Of a stretch of 64,000 nucleotides of DNA, positions 40,735 to 50,631 are shown in pieces; the first letter of the stretch is position 1; every line of letters begins with the position of its first letter. Both the position numbers and the translations under genes were made by a program. The stretch comes from Candidatus Krumholzibacteriota bacterium. Its GTDB lineage: Bacteria; Krumholzibacteriota; Krumholzibacteriia; JAJRXK01. The stretch is from contig CAVXTH010000007.1 in NCBI GenBank assembly GCA_963764625.1, positions 128,001 through 192,000 of the forward strand, given 5' to 3'. The notes beneath the pieces were generated by a model. That model did no database searches. It saw only the letters and a program-made list of their open reading frames with translations, and had not been told where the DNA came from.

Positions 40735-42350
40735 CGATGCATCCCAAGAACCTGCTTCCCACTCTGGCGTTTCTGGCCTGCTTTGGCCTGCTTGCTCCCG
40801 TCTCGGCCAGTGCGCAGTGCATTTTGGCCAACCCCAGTTTCGAGTTGTCCGGATCGGGAGGGCAGACTTTCGGGGGCTGGAATCAGTTCGGGGTGGTCGG
40901 TTCGACGAACCTCGCCACTCACGGCTCCAAAGCGGCCCGGGTCTCTGGCCCGAACTACGGTGGCTGGGACGTGTCGGCCTACTGGCAGGCTCAGGATTGC
41001 GTTCCCGGTGAGCAGTGGGAGATCACCGGCCACGTCAGGATTCCCTCGAGCAAGCCCTTGATCGGGAGCTGCGTGGCCCTGGTGAATGTCGAGTGGCGCG
41101 ATTCGGGAGGGACCCTGATCGACTACGACTCCTTCACCGTTGCGGACGCTTCGTCGCCCACCGACACCTATCTCGATTTCGATTTGACCAGTAGCGCTGC
41201 TCCAACCGGAACCGCCTCCACGCGTCTCCTGCTCGGGGTTCTTCAGAGCCCGAGCGATCCTTCTCCCGATGTCTACTACGACCAGGTCACCTTTTTCAGC
41301 ACCTCTCCTCCAACCATCGACGACCAGCAGTGGAACGATTTCCCGGGGGGACGAACGGTCAGTTTCGGCGGATACACCTGGCGCGTCAAAGGCCCGGGAT
41401 TTTACGGACCCGGAGCCAATCTGTTTTGCGATTCCTCCGACTGCGTCTGGGTGGACTCGAGCAATCAGCTCCATCTCACCCTGCAGAATCGCAGTGGGTC
41501 GTGGTACAGCACCGAGGTCGTCAACGAACAGGCTCTGGGATACGGAGACTACATTCTGACGACGGTCGGCCGCCTGGACCTCATCGACCCCCAGGCCGTT
41601 CTCGGCATCTTCCTGTGGCAGTATGGACCGTGCTGGGACGACGCCTACCTGTGGTGGAATCCGTACAACGAGATCGACGTCGAGTACAGCCGTTGGCAGA
41701 ATCCGGGCGCAGACATCGCCCAGTTCGTCGCCCAACCCTTCGACTACCCGGGCAATCTGGTTCGCTTCGACGCGAGCTTCGCGCCGGGCGAGGTGGTCAG
41801 CCATGCCATGCGGTGGCTTTCGGACAGTGTCGAATACAGAGTGTGGCGCGGGGGTCCGAACGACGAATCACCGGCGAACCTCATTTACTCCTGGACCTAC
41901 ACCGGTCCGCACATTCCCCGCCCCGAGCAGCCACGGATGCACCTGAATCTGTGGAGAATCGACGGCGTGCCGGCCTCGAACCAAGAAGTGATCTTCCAGG
42001 ATTTCACCTACGTGCCCGAGGGAGGCCCGACCGCAGTCGAGGACGGCGGGGTGGCGCGAATTCCCTCGGTATCGGGCGGCCATCTCTACCCCGCGGTGCC
42101 GAATCCCTTCAATCCATCCACCACCATCCGCTTCGACCTGGCCCGGACCGGCTACGCGAGTCTCGAGGTCTACGACCTCAGCGGCCGGCACGTGCGGACC
42201 CTCGACAGCGGTTACCTGAGCGCGGGGCAGCACTGGGCGCTGTGGAACGGGCAGGACGAGCATGGCAAGACGGTGGCTTCTGGCGTGTACTTCCTGCGGC
42301 TGTCGGGCCAGGACTTCGTGAAGACCCAGCGAGTGGCCCTCATCAAATAG
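40731..42350 (+). CDS. Secreted CBM-like + GH16-like glucanase + FlgD/T9SS-type CTD
   Basis: Signal peptide ASA-Q; LANPSFE CBM-like domain; catalytic EIDVE (ExDxE) motif; AVPNPFNPST CTD. Confidence 0.7.
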   Translation: MTMHPKNLLPTLAFLACFGLLAPVSASAQCILANPSFELSGSGGQTFGGWNQFGVVGSTNLATHGSKAARVSGPNYGGWDVSAYWQAQDCVPGEQWEITGHVRIPSSKPLIGSCVALVNVEWRDSGGTLIDYDSFTVADASSPTDTYLDFDLTSSAAPTGTASTRLLLGVLQSPSDPSPDVYYDQVTFFSTSPPTIDDQQWNDFPGGRTVSFGGYTWRVKGPGFYGPGANLFCDSSDCVWVDSSNQLHLTLQNRSGSWYSTEVVNEQALGYGDYILTTVGRLDLIDPQAVLGIFLWQYGPCWDDAYLWWNPYNEIDVEYSRWQNPGADIAQFVAQPFDYPGNLVRFDASFAPGEVVSHAMRWLSDSVEYRVWRGGPNDESPANLIYSWTYTGPHIPRPEQPRMHLNLWRIDGVPASNQEVIFQDFTYVPEGGPTAVEDGGVARIPSVSGGHLYPAVPNPFNPSTTIRFDLARTGYASLEVYDLSGRHVRTLDSGYLSAGQHWALWNGQDEHGKTVASGVYFLRLSGQDFVKTQRVALIK

Positions 42351-42353
42351 AAA

Positions 42354-42373
42354 GGGCCCGGATTTCCGGGCCC
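42354..42373. terminator. Bidirectional terminator hairpin
   Basis: GGGCCCGG-ATTT-CCGGGCCC between convergent genes. Confidence 0.65.
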
Positions 42374-42408
42374 CTCCTTCGCTGGAATGAACTTTCCAGA
42401 ATCTTCGT

Positions 42409-43143
42409 CTAGTGGAAGAGAGCCTTCACTTTGCCGAAGCTCGATTCCTGCGCCGAAATCGCGCCGTCCATGAAGAAGCTCACGTTGTCGTAGAAGGTTC
42501 CCGAGGCCTCGAAGTTCGTGGCCCGATTCGAGAAGCCAAACTGCAGAATCTGGCCGGCCAGGCTCGGGACGATATCGATCGACAGCGCGTAATCACCCCA
42601 AGTCGCGGGGATGGATGTCATGTCTACCGTGATGAAATTCGTCGTCGCATAGCCGTTACCGGGATCCAGGGTCTTGATGAAGGCCAGAGCCGTCGAGGCT
42701 CCCGCCAGGTCACCGTGTTTGGCCTGGAAGGTGAAGAACCATTTTCCGCCAACGTCACCCGCAGCGATCGTCTGCTCGTGAAAGACATTGGACTCGACGA
42801 TATTTCCCGCGTTGTGCGCGTCGGCATTGTTGTAGTCGCTGAACACGACCAGTTGTTGGGCTCCCTGGGCCGCGCCGCCCTCCCCGGCCGCGATCGTACA
42901 GAACGCGTAGGGGGGACCGCTGTTGGGTGCCGGAAAGGCGCCATAGCCGCCGATATACGTGACGCCGTCTGGAGCAAAGACATTGCCGTAGACCAGCCAG
43001 CCATCGGCGCCAAGAGCGCCCGTGTCCGTCTGCCCGAGGGTCTCGAAATCCTGGCCGTACCCGCTTAGCTGAGCGCTCGCCATCACCGGCATCAGGCAGA
43101 TCAGCAGGGCGGCCGCAAAGATCGCAGTAGCTCGATTGGTCAT
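42409..43143 (-). CDS. Secreted CBM-like protein (paralog of 36229-37206) with short SFGxxK tail
   Basis: Signal peptide ASA-Q; shared blocks DGWLVYGNVF, YGAFPAPN, QGAQQLVVFSDY, STALAFIKTLDP; ends ISAQESSFGKVKALFH. Confidence 0.85.
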   Translation of the reverse strand: MTNRATAIFAAALLICLMPVMASAQLSGYGQDFETLGQTDTGALGADGWLVYGNVFAPDGVTYIGGYGAFPAPNSGPPYAFCTIAAGEGGAAQGAQQLVVFSDYNNADAHNAGNIVESNVFHEQTIAAGDVGGKWFFTFQAKHGDLAGASTALAFIKTLDPGNGYATTNFITVDMTSIPATWGDYALSIDIVPSLAGQILQFGFSNRATNFEASGTFYDNVSFFMDGAISAQESSFGKVKALFH

Positions 43144-43258
43144 CTCATTGTCCTCTCGTTATTGAGATCTGAAGTTCTTGCTACCGAAAAAGCACTCGGA
43201 ATCGGAGCCGTCTCGCCCAGCGGCATGCGTGGCTGATTCCAGTACGATCAGTCTATAC

Positions 43259-43378
43259 TATGTTCGGTAACCGAATCAAGTCCTAGATTGACGGCAGGGC
43301 GCAAGATAGGGCAGGGTGGGCCAGAATTCTGTTGACCCCCTTGTCGCGAGCGGATACTTTGTTCGTAGTTCGAACAAA
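43259..43378. promoter_or_regulatory. Two putative ROK operators in divergent intergenic region
   Basis: TATGTTCG-GTAAC-CGAATCAA (43259-43279) and TTTGTTCG-TAGTT-CGAACAAA (43358-43378), the latter right after TTGACC...GATACT. Confidence 0.65.
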
Positions 43379-43434
43379 GATCTAGCTCTCTGGGGAAGGT
43401 CAGGGAAGCGCAAGCCCGCAAACGAGATGGCCTG

Positions 43435-44916
43435 ATGAATCCTGCCGTCCATTCCAGAACTGCGCCCGAGGATCGAGTCCGCTTCCCCCACCGGCTGGCC
43501 TACGGGGCTGGCGCCTTCGTCAATAATCTCCTGGCCGCGGCCAGTGGCGGGATGATGATCGTCCTGAACCTGGGACTCGGGATGAACCCCGGGCTGGTGG
43601 GTCTCTTGGGGGCTCTGCCCCGGCTGACCGACGCCTTCACCGATCCCCTCATGGGGTACATTTCGGACAACACCCATACGCGGTGGGGGCGCCGGCGTCC
43701 CTACATCTTCTGGGGCGCCATCGCGGCCGGGATCATCTTCGCTTTGCTGTGGCAGCTCCCCCGCGATCGAAGCCAGGCCTTCTACTTCATCTTCTTCCTC
43801 GTGGGATCGATTCTCTTCTACGGCGGGTACACGGTCTTCGCCACGCCCTGGGTCGCTCTCGGCTATGAGCTCACGCCCGACTACAACGAGCGAACTCGTC
43901 TGATGGGCACGCAGAACTTCATCGGTCAGCTCGCCTATGTGGTCTCCCCTTGGTTTCTCTGGATCATGAACTCGGGAAAATTCTTCCCGGATCAGGTTTC
44001 CGGAGCGGCCGGACTGGCCATCATCGTGGCGGTGGTGGCCATCGGATTGGGTATTCTGCCAGCGATTTTTCTGCGCGAGCGCATGCAGAGTTTGGCGGCG
44101 GAGGAGATGGAGGTCTCCAAGGCAGCCGGGAAAGGCGAGGAGCGGGCTCTCAAGCACAACCTCAGAGAGTTCTTCAAGGGATTCAAGGTCACGCTGTCGA
44201 ATGGGCCCTTCCTGAAGCTGTGTATGGCTACCTTCCTGGTGTTCAACGGCTTCATGCTCATCGCCTCGTTCCAATACTACGTGATCATCTACTACGTGTG
44301 CGGTGGCGACCAGACCGCCGGCGCCAAGTACGCCGGCTTGGCCGGCACCGTGGGCGCGGTGTGCACCTTCGCCGTGGTCGCGTTCGTCACCTGGCTCGGC
44401 ACCAGGATCGGAAAGCGCCACACCTTCTTCTTGGCCATCGGTCTCTCCATCATCGGTTACGGTCTGAAGTGGGTCTGCTACAACCCGAACGTGCCGCTGT
44501 TGGTGGTGCTTCCCGCGCCGCTAATGGCTTTCGGCTTGGGCGGTCTGTTCACTCTGGTTCCATCCATGATCGCCGACGTGGTGGACACGGACGAACTCAC
44601 GACGCACGAACGGCGTGAGGGAATGTTCGGCTCGATCTTCTGGTGGATGGTGAAACTGGGAATGGCAGCGGCACTGGCCGGCGGTGGCTATCTGCTCAAT
44701 GCCACCGGCTTCGAGGTCGACCTGGGGGGGAACCAGGCGCACCATTCCATCATTCTTCTGCGGCTGTGCGACGCGGGGATCCCCATGGTCACCTCAGCCC
44801 TGGCGATCTGGGCCGTGGCCAAGTTCCCGATTTCCGAGGCGAAAGCCCTCGAGGTGCGCCAGGAACTCGAACGCCGTAGAGGGCGGCCGGTGGCGGCCGA
44901 TGCGATGGGGAGTTGA
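43435..44916 (+). CDS. MFS glycoside-pentoside-hexuronide (GPH) sugar transporter
   Basis: DAFTDPLMGYISD..TRWGRRRPY, ELTPDYNERT, SMIADVVD..RREGMF; ~12 TM helices. Confidence 0.9.
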   Translation: MNPAVHSRTAPEDRVRFPHRLAYGAGAFVNNLLAAASGGMMIVLNLGLGMNPGLVGLLGALPRLTDAFTDPLMGYISDNTHTRWGRRRPYIFWGAIAAGIIFALLWQLPRDRSQAFYFIFFLVGSILFYGGYTVFATPWVALGYELTPDYNERTRLMGTQNFIGQLAYVVSPWFLWIMNSGKFFPDQVSGAAGLAIIVAVVAIGLGILPAIFLRERMQSLAAEEMEVSKAAGKGEERALKHNLREFFKGFKVTLSNGPFLKLCMATFLVFNGFMLIASFQYYVIIYYVCGGDQTAGAKYAGLAGTVGAVCTFAVVAFVTWLGTRIGKRHTFFLAIGLSIIGYGLKWVCYNPNVPLLVVLPAPLMAFGLGGLFTLVPSMIADVVDTDELTTHERREGMFGSIFWWMVKLGMAAALAGGGYLLNATGFEVDLGGNQAHHSIILLRLCDAGIPMVTSALAIWAVAKFPISEAKALEVRQELERRRGRPVAADAMGS

Positions 44917-44921
44917 GTTCC

Positions 44922-45929
44922 ATGCAGCTTCGCTCCGGCGTGGCTATCCTGCTCTTGGGCTCGATCTTGGCCCTCTTCGTGACCGGGATCGCGGGCTCTT
45001 TGGGCCCAGCTCACGCTGAGTCTCGCTCCCCCGGAGAGGAGATTTTCGCAGTGCGTCCCCTGCGGTTGGAAGAAAACGGCACCTGGATCGGAAACGCAAT
45101 CTGCTACAGCCCCTATCGAGACGGTCAGCGCCCGGGGGGCGCTACTCCCACCCCGGCTCAACTCCGCGAAGACTTGCGCTTGATGCTTCCGCACTGGAAA
45201 CTGCTGCGTACTTATGGAGCTTCCGGCTTTGCCGAGAACCTGCTCGAGCTGATTCGCGCCGACGATTTGGAAATGAAAGTGATGCTCGGCGTGTGGATCG
45301 CATCCGAGGATACCGCTCTGAATCGACGCGAAGTCGATGCAGCGGTACGCTTGGCAAACGCATTCCCCAATATCGTTCTCGCGGTTTGCGTCAGCAACGA
45401 GACTCAGGTCTCTTGGTCGTACAATCGGATCCCAGCCAGCGAGTTGATCGAGTATGTGCGTCGCGTGCGCGCAAGAGTTGCGGCACCGGTAACGGTGGCC
45501 GACGACCTCAAATACTGGAACAAGCCGGAGAGTCGCAAAGTTGCGGCTGAAATCGATTTCATCACCTTGCACGCGCACCCCCTGTGGAACGGAATCCTTT
45601 TGCCCGACGCCCTCTCGTGGCTGCAGGAGCAGGTGGAGGCGGTGCAGGCCATGCATCCCGAGCGGGAGATCGTGCTCGGCGAGACGGGTTGGGCTACCGC
45701 CTATTCCGACGAGGGCGAGCAGGGTGCGTTGATCAAAGGCCAGACCGGCGAGAGCGAGCAGAAACTGTTCTACCAGGCCACTCGGAGATGGGCCGAGACG
45801 AAGAAACTGCCCATATTCACCTTCGAGGCCTTCGACGAAAACTGGAAGGGCGGTACGGACCCGACCGAGGTGGAGAAGCACTGGGGTCTGTTTCGTGCCG
45901 ACCGATCGGCGAAAATGGCACTTCGTTGA
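44922..45929 (+). CDS. GH17 beta-1,3-glucanase/glucanosyltransferase
   Basis: AICYSPYRDGQ, LRTYG, MLGVWI, VSNE, LGETGWAT, FEAFDENWK, EKHWG. Confidence 0.85.
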   Translation: MQLRSGVAILLLGSILALFVTGIAGSLGPAHAESRSPGEEIFAVRPLRLEENGTWIGNAICYSPYRDGQRPGGATPTPAQLREDLRLMLPHWKLLRTYGASGFAENLLELIRADDLEMKVMLGVWIASEDTALNRREVDAAVRLANAFPNIVLAVCVSNETQVSWSYNRIPASELIEYVRRVRARVAAPVTVADDLKYWNKPESRKVAAEIDFITLHAHPLWNGILLPDALSWLQEQVEAVQAMHPEREIVLGETGWATAYSDEGEQGALIKGQTGESEQKLFYQATRRWAETKKLPIFTFEAFDENWKGGTDPTEVEKHWGLFRADRSAKMALR

Positions 45930-46036
45930 ACAATTCTGCTGAGCAGGATGGCAACTTCCCATTCCGAGTTCGTCGAATCGAAGCCGGGCGCATCGCTCGC
46001 GTGAGCATACGCGTGAGCGACGCGCCCCGTGTGACC

Positions 46037-46444
46037 TCAGTGCTTGGGAATCATGGGGCACTCGAAACGCTTGACCACGTCGCCGATGGAGATCTGTCCG
46101 GCATCGGCAGCGTTTTGGACTTGCTCTGCGTTGGTGAACTGGGTTGGCGAGATCGATAGCCACTCGATCGGACGGACCTCCCAACGACCCCCGTTGAACT
46201 CCATGTCACCGGGCGCGGCGTCCGCGACATTGGCCAAGTCACCGCCCAGAACATAGATGGTGTCGAATTTCCCCTGCGGGGGAAGATTCGTGGGGGTCCC
46301 GATGGTCTTGTACTGCTGGTCGTGGGCGTAGATCGTACCGGCGGGTGGACCGCCCTTGGCAAAGGCGATCGAACCCAGGGTTACGGTCATGGCCATCGCC
46401 ATGACGAGAGCCGTGAGCAGGAAAGTGCTTCTGTGCGTTTTCAT
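46037..46444 (-). CDS. Small secreted hypothetical protein
   Basis: GAGGAG RBS, signal peptide AFA-K, good coding-like composition. Confidence 0.7.
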   Translation of the reverse strand: MKTHRSTFLLTALVMAMAMTVTLGSIAFAKGGPPAGTIYAHDQQYKTIGTPTNLPPQGKFDTIYVLGGDLANVADAAPGDMEFNGGRWEVRPIEWLSISPTQFTNAEQVQNAADAGQISIGDVVKRFECPMIPKH

Positions 46445-46800
46445 AGACGTATCTCCTCTGAACTATTAGGAGCGCGAAACGGGACAGGGCCGCGTTCGCG
46501 CGGGGGAAGTCGCCGGTGGGATCGGTGTCTTGAGTACGCATCACTGAGAGAGCTGTGACCGAAGGGTACTGGACCTCAGATTGACCATTTTGATCGTGTG
46601 CGTACGCGAAGCTCGAACTCGAGCTATAAGGCCCTTGAACTCGCCGCCTCTCCTCGAGACACGTCGATTAGGTGGGTAAACTCACTATGGCCGGGAGATC
46701 CCAAGAACCAATTCGCGGCGACATTGTCTCAGTTCGGCTCCTCGGATATGATGATTGGGCCCTGTCCCACGATATTCCCCATACGAGGGTGGAGTAGTCA

Positions 46801-49029
46801 ATGGTCCCCAGCCATGAGCACCGCGCTATCACTTGTTTCTTCCTGTTTCTGTTCCTGATCATTGCTTCCATCGCGAATGCGGCAGACACCACTCTGCAAA
46901 ACGATGGTTTCTACGCAGGAGCGGGAGTCGGCTTCCAAGGTGGTTTCGTTACCGGCGAGATCGGCGCGTCGCGCTTCACTCCGCCCGGTTCCGTCCAGCT
47001 CAAGCAGGTACTCTTTCTGTTCGGAGGGGCCGGCGGTTCAGCGACGATCACTCTGCACATTTGGGACGATTCGGCCCTGAGACCAATCTCCGGCGTTGAA
47101 CTCTACAGCAACGACTATCTCCTCACCCCCTCGGATACCGATCTCCAACAGATCGATTTGAGCGGAGAGAGCATCTACGTCTCGGGGCCTTTTCGGGTGG
47201 GCATCCAGTTTCAGCAGGACGGGTACCCCTCCATTGCGCGCGATGACGACGGAACGATCACGTCCTCGTTGAACTACATCAACGCGAGCGGTCTGGGATG
47301 GTATCAATCGTCTCTCTTGGGATTGACCGGAGACTGGATCATCCGGGCCGTGGTTGGAACCGCACCCGCATCCTACACCGTCGGCGGTACGGTCAGCGGA
47401 TTGAACGGCATTCTAGTGTTGCAAAACAATGGGGGAGACGACCTGGTGATCAGCGGCGACGGCGCCTTCTCTTTCGCAACGCCTCTTACTGACGGCAGCA
47501 GCTACGAAGTGACCGTACTCTCCGCTCCAGCCAATCAGAACTGTGTGGTGAGCATGGGGACGGGAACCATCTCCGGGTCGAACGTGACCAACGTCTCCGT
47601 GAGCTGCAGCGATAAGCCGACGACAGTGCAGGTATTGCAACACGATAGCTTCATCCCCGGTCAGAACGCGGGTTTTCAGGCCGGATTTGTGGCCAACGAG
47701 ATCGCTGCGGTTCGTTTCACTCCGCCTGGTCTAGTTCATCTCGAAGCGGTACGATTTCTCTTTGGAGGAGCGTCAGGACTCACCTCGATTCGTTTGCACG
47801 TATGGGATGACGCCGCGGAAACGGATGATCCCGGCACCGAACTCTTGGCTCAGGATTACCTCATCGATGCTTCGGACGTCGCGCTCCAGGAGATCGATCT
47901 CGGTTCGCAGGGCCTCCAGCTCACGGGACCGTTCCGGGTGGGGGTCGAGCTTCTCGCGGCGGGTCTGCCATCGGTGGCGAGGGACGATGACGGCAACATC
48001 GACAGCGCGGTCAATTTCATTCTGGGCCAAAGCATCGGCTGGGTGAAGTCGAGTACGGTGGGTCTCACCGGCGACTGGATCTTGCGGGCGATTGTGAGTC
48101 TCGCTTCATCGTTCCCGGAACCCATCATCTTGGCAGTGGATGACATCGGCAACGATCAAGGGGGACAAGTACGTCTGAGCTTTCAGAGCTCGAGCCAGGA
48201 TGCTCTGGGAGCCACGCAGCCGGTGCTGAGCTATGAGGCCTATCGCCGCATCGACTCGCTGCCCTTCGGAGCCATCGCTGGGGTCTCCGCCAAAAAGCTA
48301 GCGGGCTGGGAATACGTGGGTGCGGTTCCGGCGCACGGTGAAACCGAGTACAACATGATCGTGCCCACCCTGGCCGATTCCACCATCAGCCAGGGAATGC
48401 ACTGGTCGGTGTTCTTCGTTCGGGCCGCGACCGCCTCGCCAACGATTTTCTACGATGCGGCGCCCGATTCCGGCTGGTCGCTGGACAACCTGGCACCGAG
48501 CGCGCCCAACAATCTCGTGTTGAACGCGGCGCAGCTCGATTGGACTCCCGCGGCCGAATCGGATTTCGACTACTACAGGGTGTACGGTTCCTCGACCGGA
48601 GCCCTCGACGGGTCAGAGATGCTACTGGGCGCCACGAGCGCGAACTCGTATTCCGTTTCAGGCAGCCCCCAGCCGTATTATCTGGTGACCGTTGTCGATT
48701 TCGCGGGGAACGAAGGCGAGGCTTCCGCGGTGCAGAATACCGCCACCGGGGTCGAGAACGTGCCCCCCCGCGATTTGTGGGTGCGCGTGAGTCCCAACCC
48801 CTTCAACCCGGCCACCTCGATTCGCTTCTACTTGCCCGAAGCGGCGCCGGTCAGTCTGCGGGTCTATGACCAGAGGGGGCGGCTGGTGGACACGCTCTTG
48901 CGGTCACAACCGTTTCCGCAAGGGGAACACCTCGTGCCCTATCGAAGCGAACTGCCGAGCGGAGTCTATTTGCTGAAGCTGATCAGTGCGAATCAAAGCC
49001 AGACGGCTAAGATCAGTCTGGTGCGTTGA
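46801..49029 (+). CDS. Secreted multidomain protein: duplicated ~150-aa beta domain, YTVGGTVSGL spacer, Fn3-like domain, FlgD/T9SS-type CTD
   Basis: Signal peptide; two homologous domains ending GLTGDWI(I/L)RA; DIGNDQGG domain; SPNPFNPAT CTD. Confidence 0.8.
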   Translation: MVPSHEHRAITCFFLFLFLIIASIANAADTTLQNDGFYAGAGVGFQGGFVTGEIGASRFTPPGSVQLKQVLFLFGGAGGSATITLHIWDDSALRPISGVELYSNDYLLTPSDTDLQQIDLSGESIYVSGPFRVGIQFQQDGYPSIARDDDGTITSSLNYINASGLGWYQSSLLGLTGDWIIRAVVGTAPASYTVGGTVSGLNGILVLQNNGGDDLVISGDGAFSFATPLTDGSSYEVTVLSAPANQNCVVSMGTGTISGSNVTNVSVSCSDKPTTVQVLQHDSFIPGQNAGFQAGFVANEIAAVRFTPPGLVHLEAVRFLFGGASGLTSIRLHVWDDAAETDDPGTELLAQDYLIDASDVALQEIDLGSQGLQLTGPFRVGVELLAAGLPSVARDDDGNIDSAVNFILGQSIGWVKSSTVGLTGDWILRAIVSLASSFPEPIILAVDDIGNDQGGQVRLSFQSSSQDALGATQPVLSYEAYRRIDSLPFGAIAGVSAKKLAGWEYVGAVPAHGETEYNMIVPTLADSTISQGMHWSVFFVRAATASPTIFYDAAPDSGWSLDNLAPSAPNNLVLNAAQLDWTPAAESDFDYYRVYGSSTGALDGSEMLLGATSANSYSVSGSPQPYYLVTVVDFAGNEGEASAVQNTATGVENVPPRDLWVRVSPNPFNPATSIRFYLPEAAPVSLRVYDQRGRLVDTLLRSQPFPQGEHLVPYRSELPSGVYLLKLISANQSQTAKISLVR

Positions 49030-49074
49030 GCTCGGGGAATGTGGTGTTTGCTCTCCTGAAGAGCGGGACCTCTC

Positions 49075-50631
49075 CTAGCGCAGCCCGAGCTTGCGCGCCA
49101 GATGGTGGAGATTGCTGCGGTGCATTCCCAACTGACGGGCTGCCGCCGCCCAGTTGCCGTCATTCGTTTGCACCGCGGCCTCAATGACGCGCCGTTGATA
49201 GTCGCGCGTTCTCTCGCGCAGTCCGCGTTCGTCTTCCTTTTGGGTCGTCTCCGGTTGGTTTCGAGACTCTGTGGGCGCACCCGCGCCGCTGCGGACGTCG
49301 AAATGATGGCTCTCGAGAATGAGAGGTTCCCGACTGGTGTGACCGCGGGCGCCGCGCAGCGCCGCACGGCTCACCACGTTTTCGAGTTCGCGGGCATTGC
49401 CCGGCCAATCGGCCGTCATGAGTCTTTCACGGGCCTCGGGTGAGAGGCGCACGGGGCCCAGGCCAAGCTTGCGGCGAGTTTGGTCCAGAAAGTGCGCAGC
49501 AAGCAGCGGAATATCCTCCCGCCGTTCGCGCAGCGGCGGAACAATCAGCGGATATACGGCCAGCCGGTGGTAGAGATCGGCCCGGAAGCGGCCGGTGGCG
49601 ACCTCCTGCTCGAGATCGCGGTTCGTCGCGGCGATGACTCGAACGTCGACGTGGTGGGTTCGATCGTCCCCAACCCGCTGGATCTCGCCCTGCTGGAGAA
49701 CCCGGAGCAGTGTCGGTTGCAGAGTGAGGGGTAGTTCACCGATCTCGTCCAGAAACAAACTTGCTCCGTCTGCGATTTCGAACTTGCCGGCGCGGTCGCG
49801 CGTGGCTCCGGTGAATGCTCCCGCGACATGACCGAAGAGTTCGCTCTCTGCGATCGACTCCGGGAGAGCCGCGCAGTTGACGTGAATGAGCGCCTCCTCG
49901 CGACGCGTGGACTCAGCGTGAACTTGCTGTGCCACGAGTTCCTTTCCCACTCCGGTCTCCCCTAAGATCAATACCGACAAATCGCTTGCCGATACCAAGC
50001 TGATGTCGCGGCGAAGCCGTTCGATCGAGCGACTATTCCCCAGAATCTGAAGGGTGTTGCTGCTGCGCTGAAGTTCGCGTGCCACCGCGCCTTTGCGTTC
50101 CGCCATTCGCTCGATCGATTCGATGAGGGACGCAGTGTGCAGCGCAGCACCGGCGATCGCGGCCAGGGCTTCGAGCCACTGAGGTTCCAGTGCATCGAAC
50201 GCAGTGGGGGAGAGGGCATCCGCGGTCAGCGCCCCCACCACTTGTCCACCCTCGGTCAACGCGCAGCCCAGGCAGGCGTGAATGTGGTGGAGGGCGCGTG
50301 GATCGGAAGAGAGGTAGCCATCGAAGGGATCGGGAAGAGACGAATCCACTGGAAACCGGACCGCGCCCTCCGACGAGAGGATAATGTTCAAACGCGGGTG
50401 TTCGCTGCGTGGGTAGTGCCGGACCAGCGCTTCGTCGGTCAGACCATGGGCCGCGACGGGGACCAATTCCTCCCCCTGAAGTCGCAGGAGACACGCCGCG
50501 TCGCAGGGGATCAGACCTCGCAGCGCGGTGAGAAGCCGGTCATAACGGTCTTCGGCAGCGAGGGAAGCGGTCAGGTCCCGCGCGATTTCCAGGAAAATCT
50601 CCAGGCCCTCTGGCTGTTGTTGATCTGACAA
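49075..50631 (-). CDS. norR: Nitric oxide-responsive sigma54 activator NorR
   Basis: GAF domain with LPDPFDG..IHACLGC..TAD; [39 protein letters not shown]; C-terminal HTH. Confidence 0.92.
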   Translation of the reverse strand: MSDQQQPEGLEIFLEIARDLTASLAAEDRYDRLLTALRGLIPCDAACLLRLQGEELVPVAAHGLTDEALVRHYPRSEHPRLNIILSSEGAVRFPVDSSLPDPFDGYLSSDPRALHHIHACLGCALTEGGQVVGALTADALSPTAFDALEPQWLEALAAIAGAALHTASLIESIERMAERKGAVARELQRSSNTLQILGNSRSIERLRRDISLVSASDLSVLILGETGVGKELVAQQVHAESTRREEALIHVNCAALPESIAESELFGHVAGAFTGATRDRAGKFEIADGASLFLDEIGELPLTLQPTLLRVLQQGEIQRVGDDRTHHVDVRVIAATNRDLEQEVATGRFRADLYHRLAVYPLIVPPLRERREDIPLLAAHFLDQTRRKLGLGPVRLSPEARERLMTADWPGNARELENVVSRAALRGARGHTSREPLILESHHFDVRSGAGAPTESRNQPETTQKEDERGLRERTRDYQRRVIEAAVQTNDGNWAAAARQLGMHRSNLHHLARKLGLR

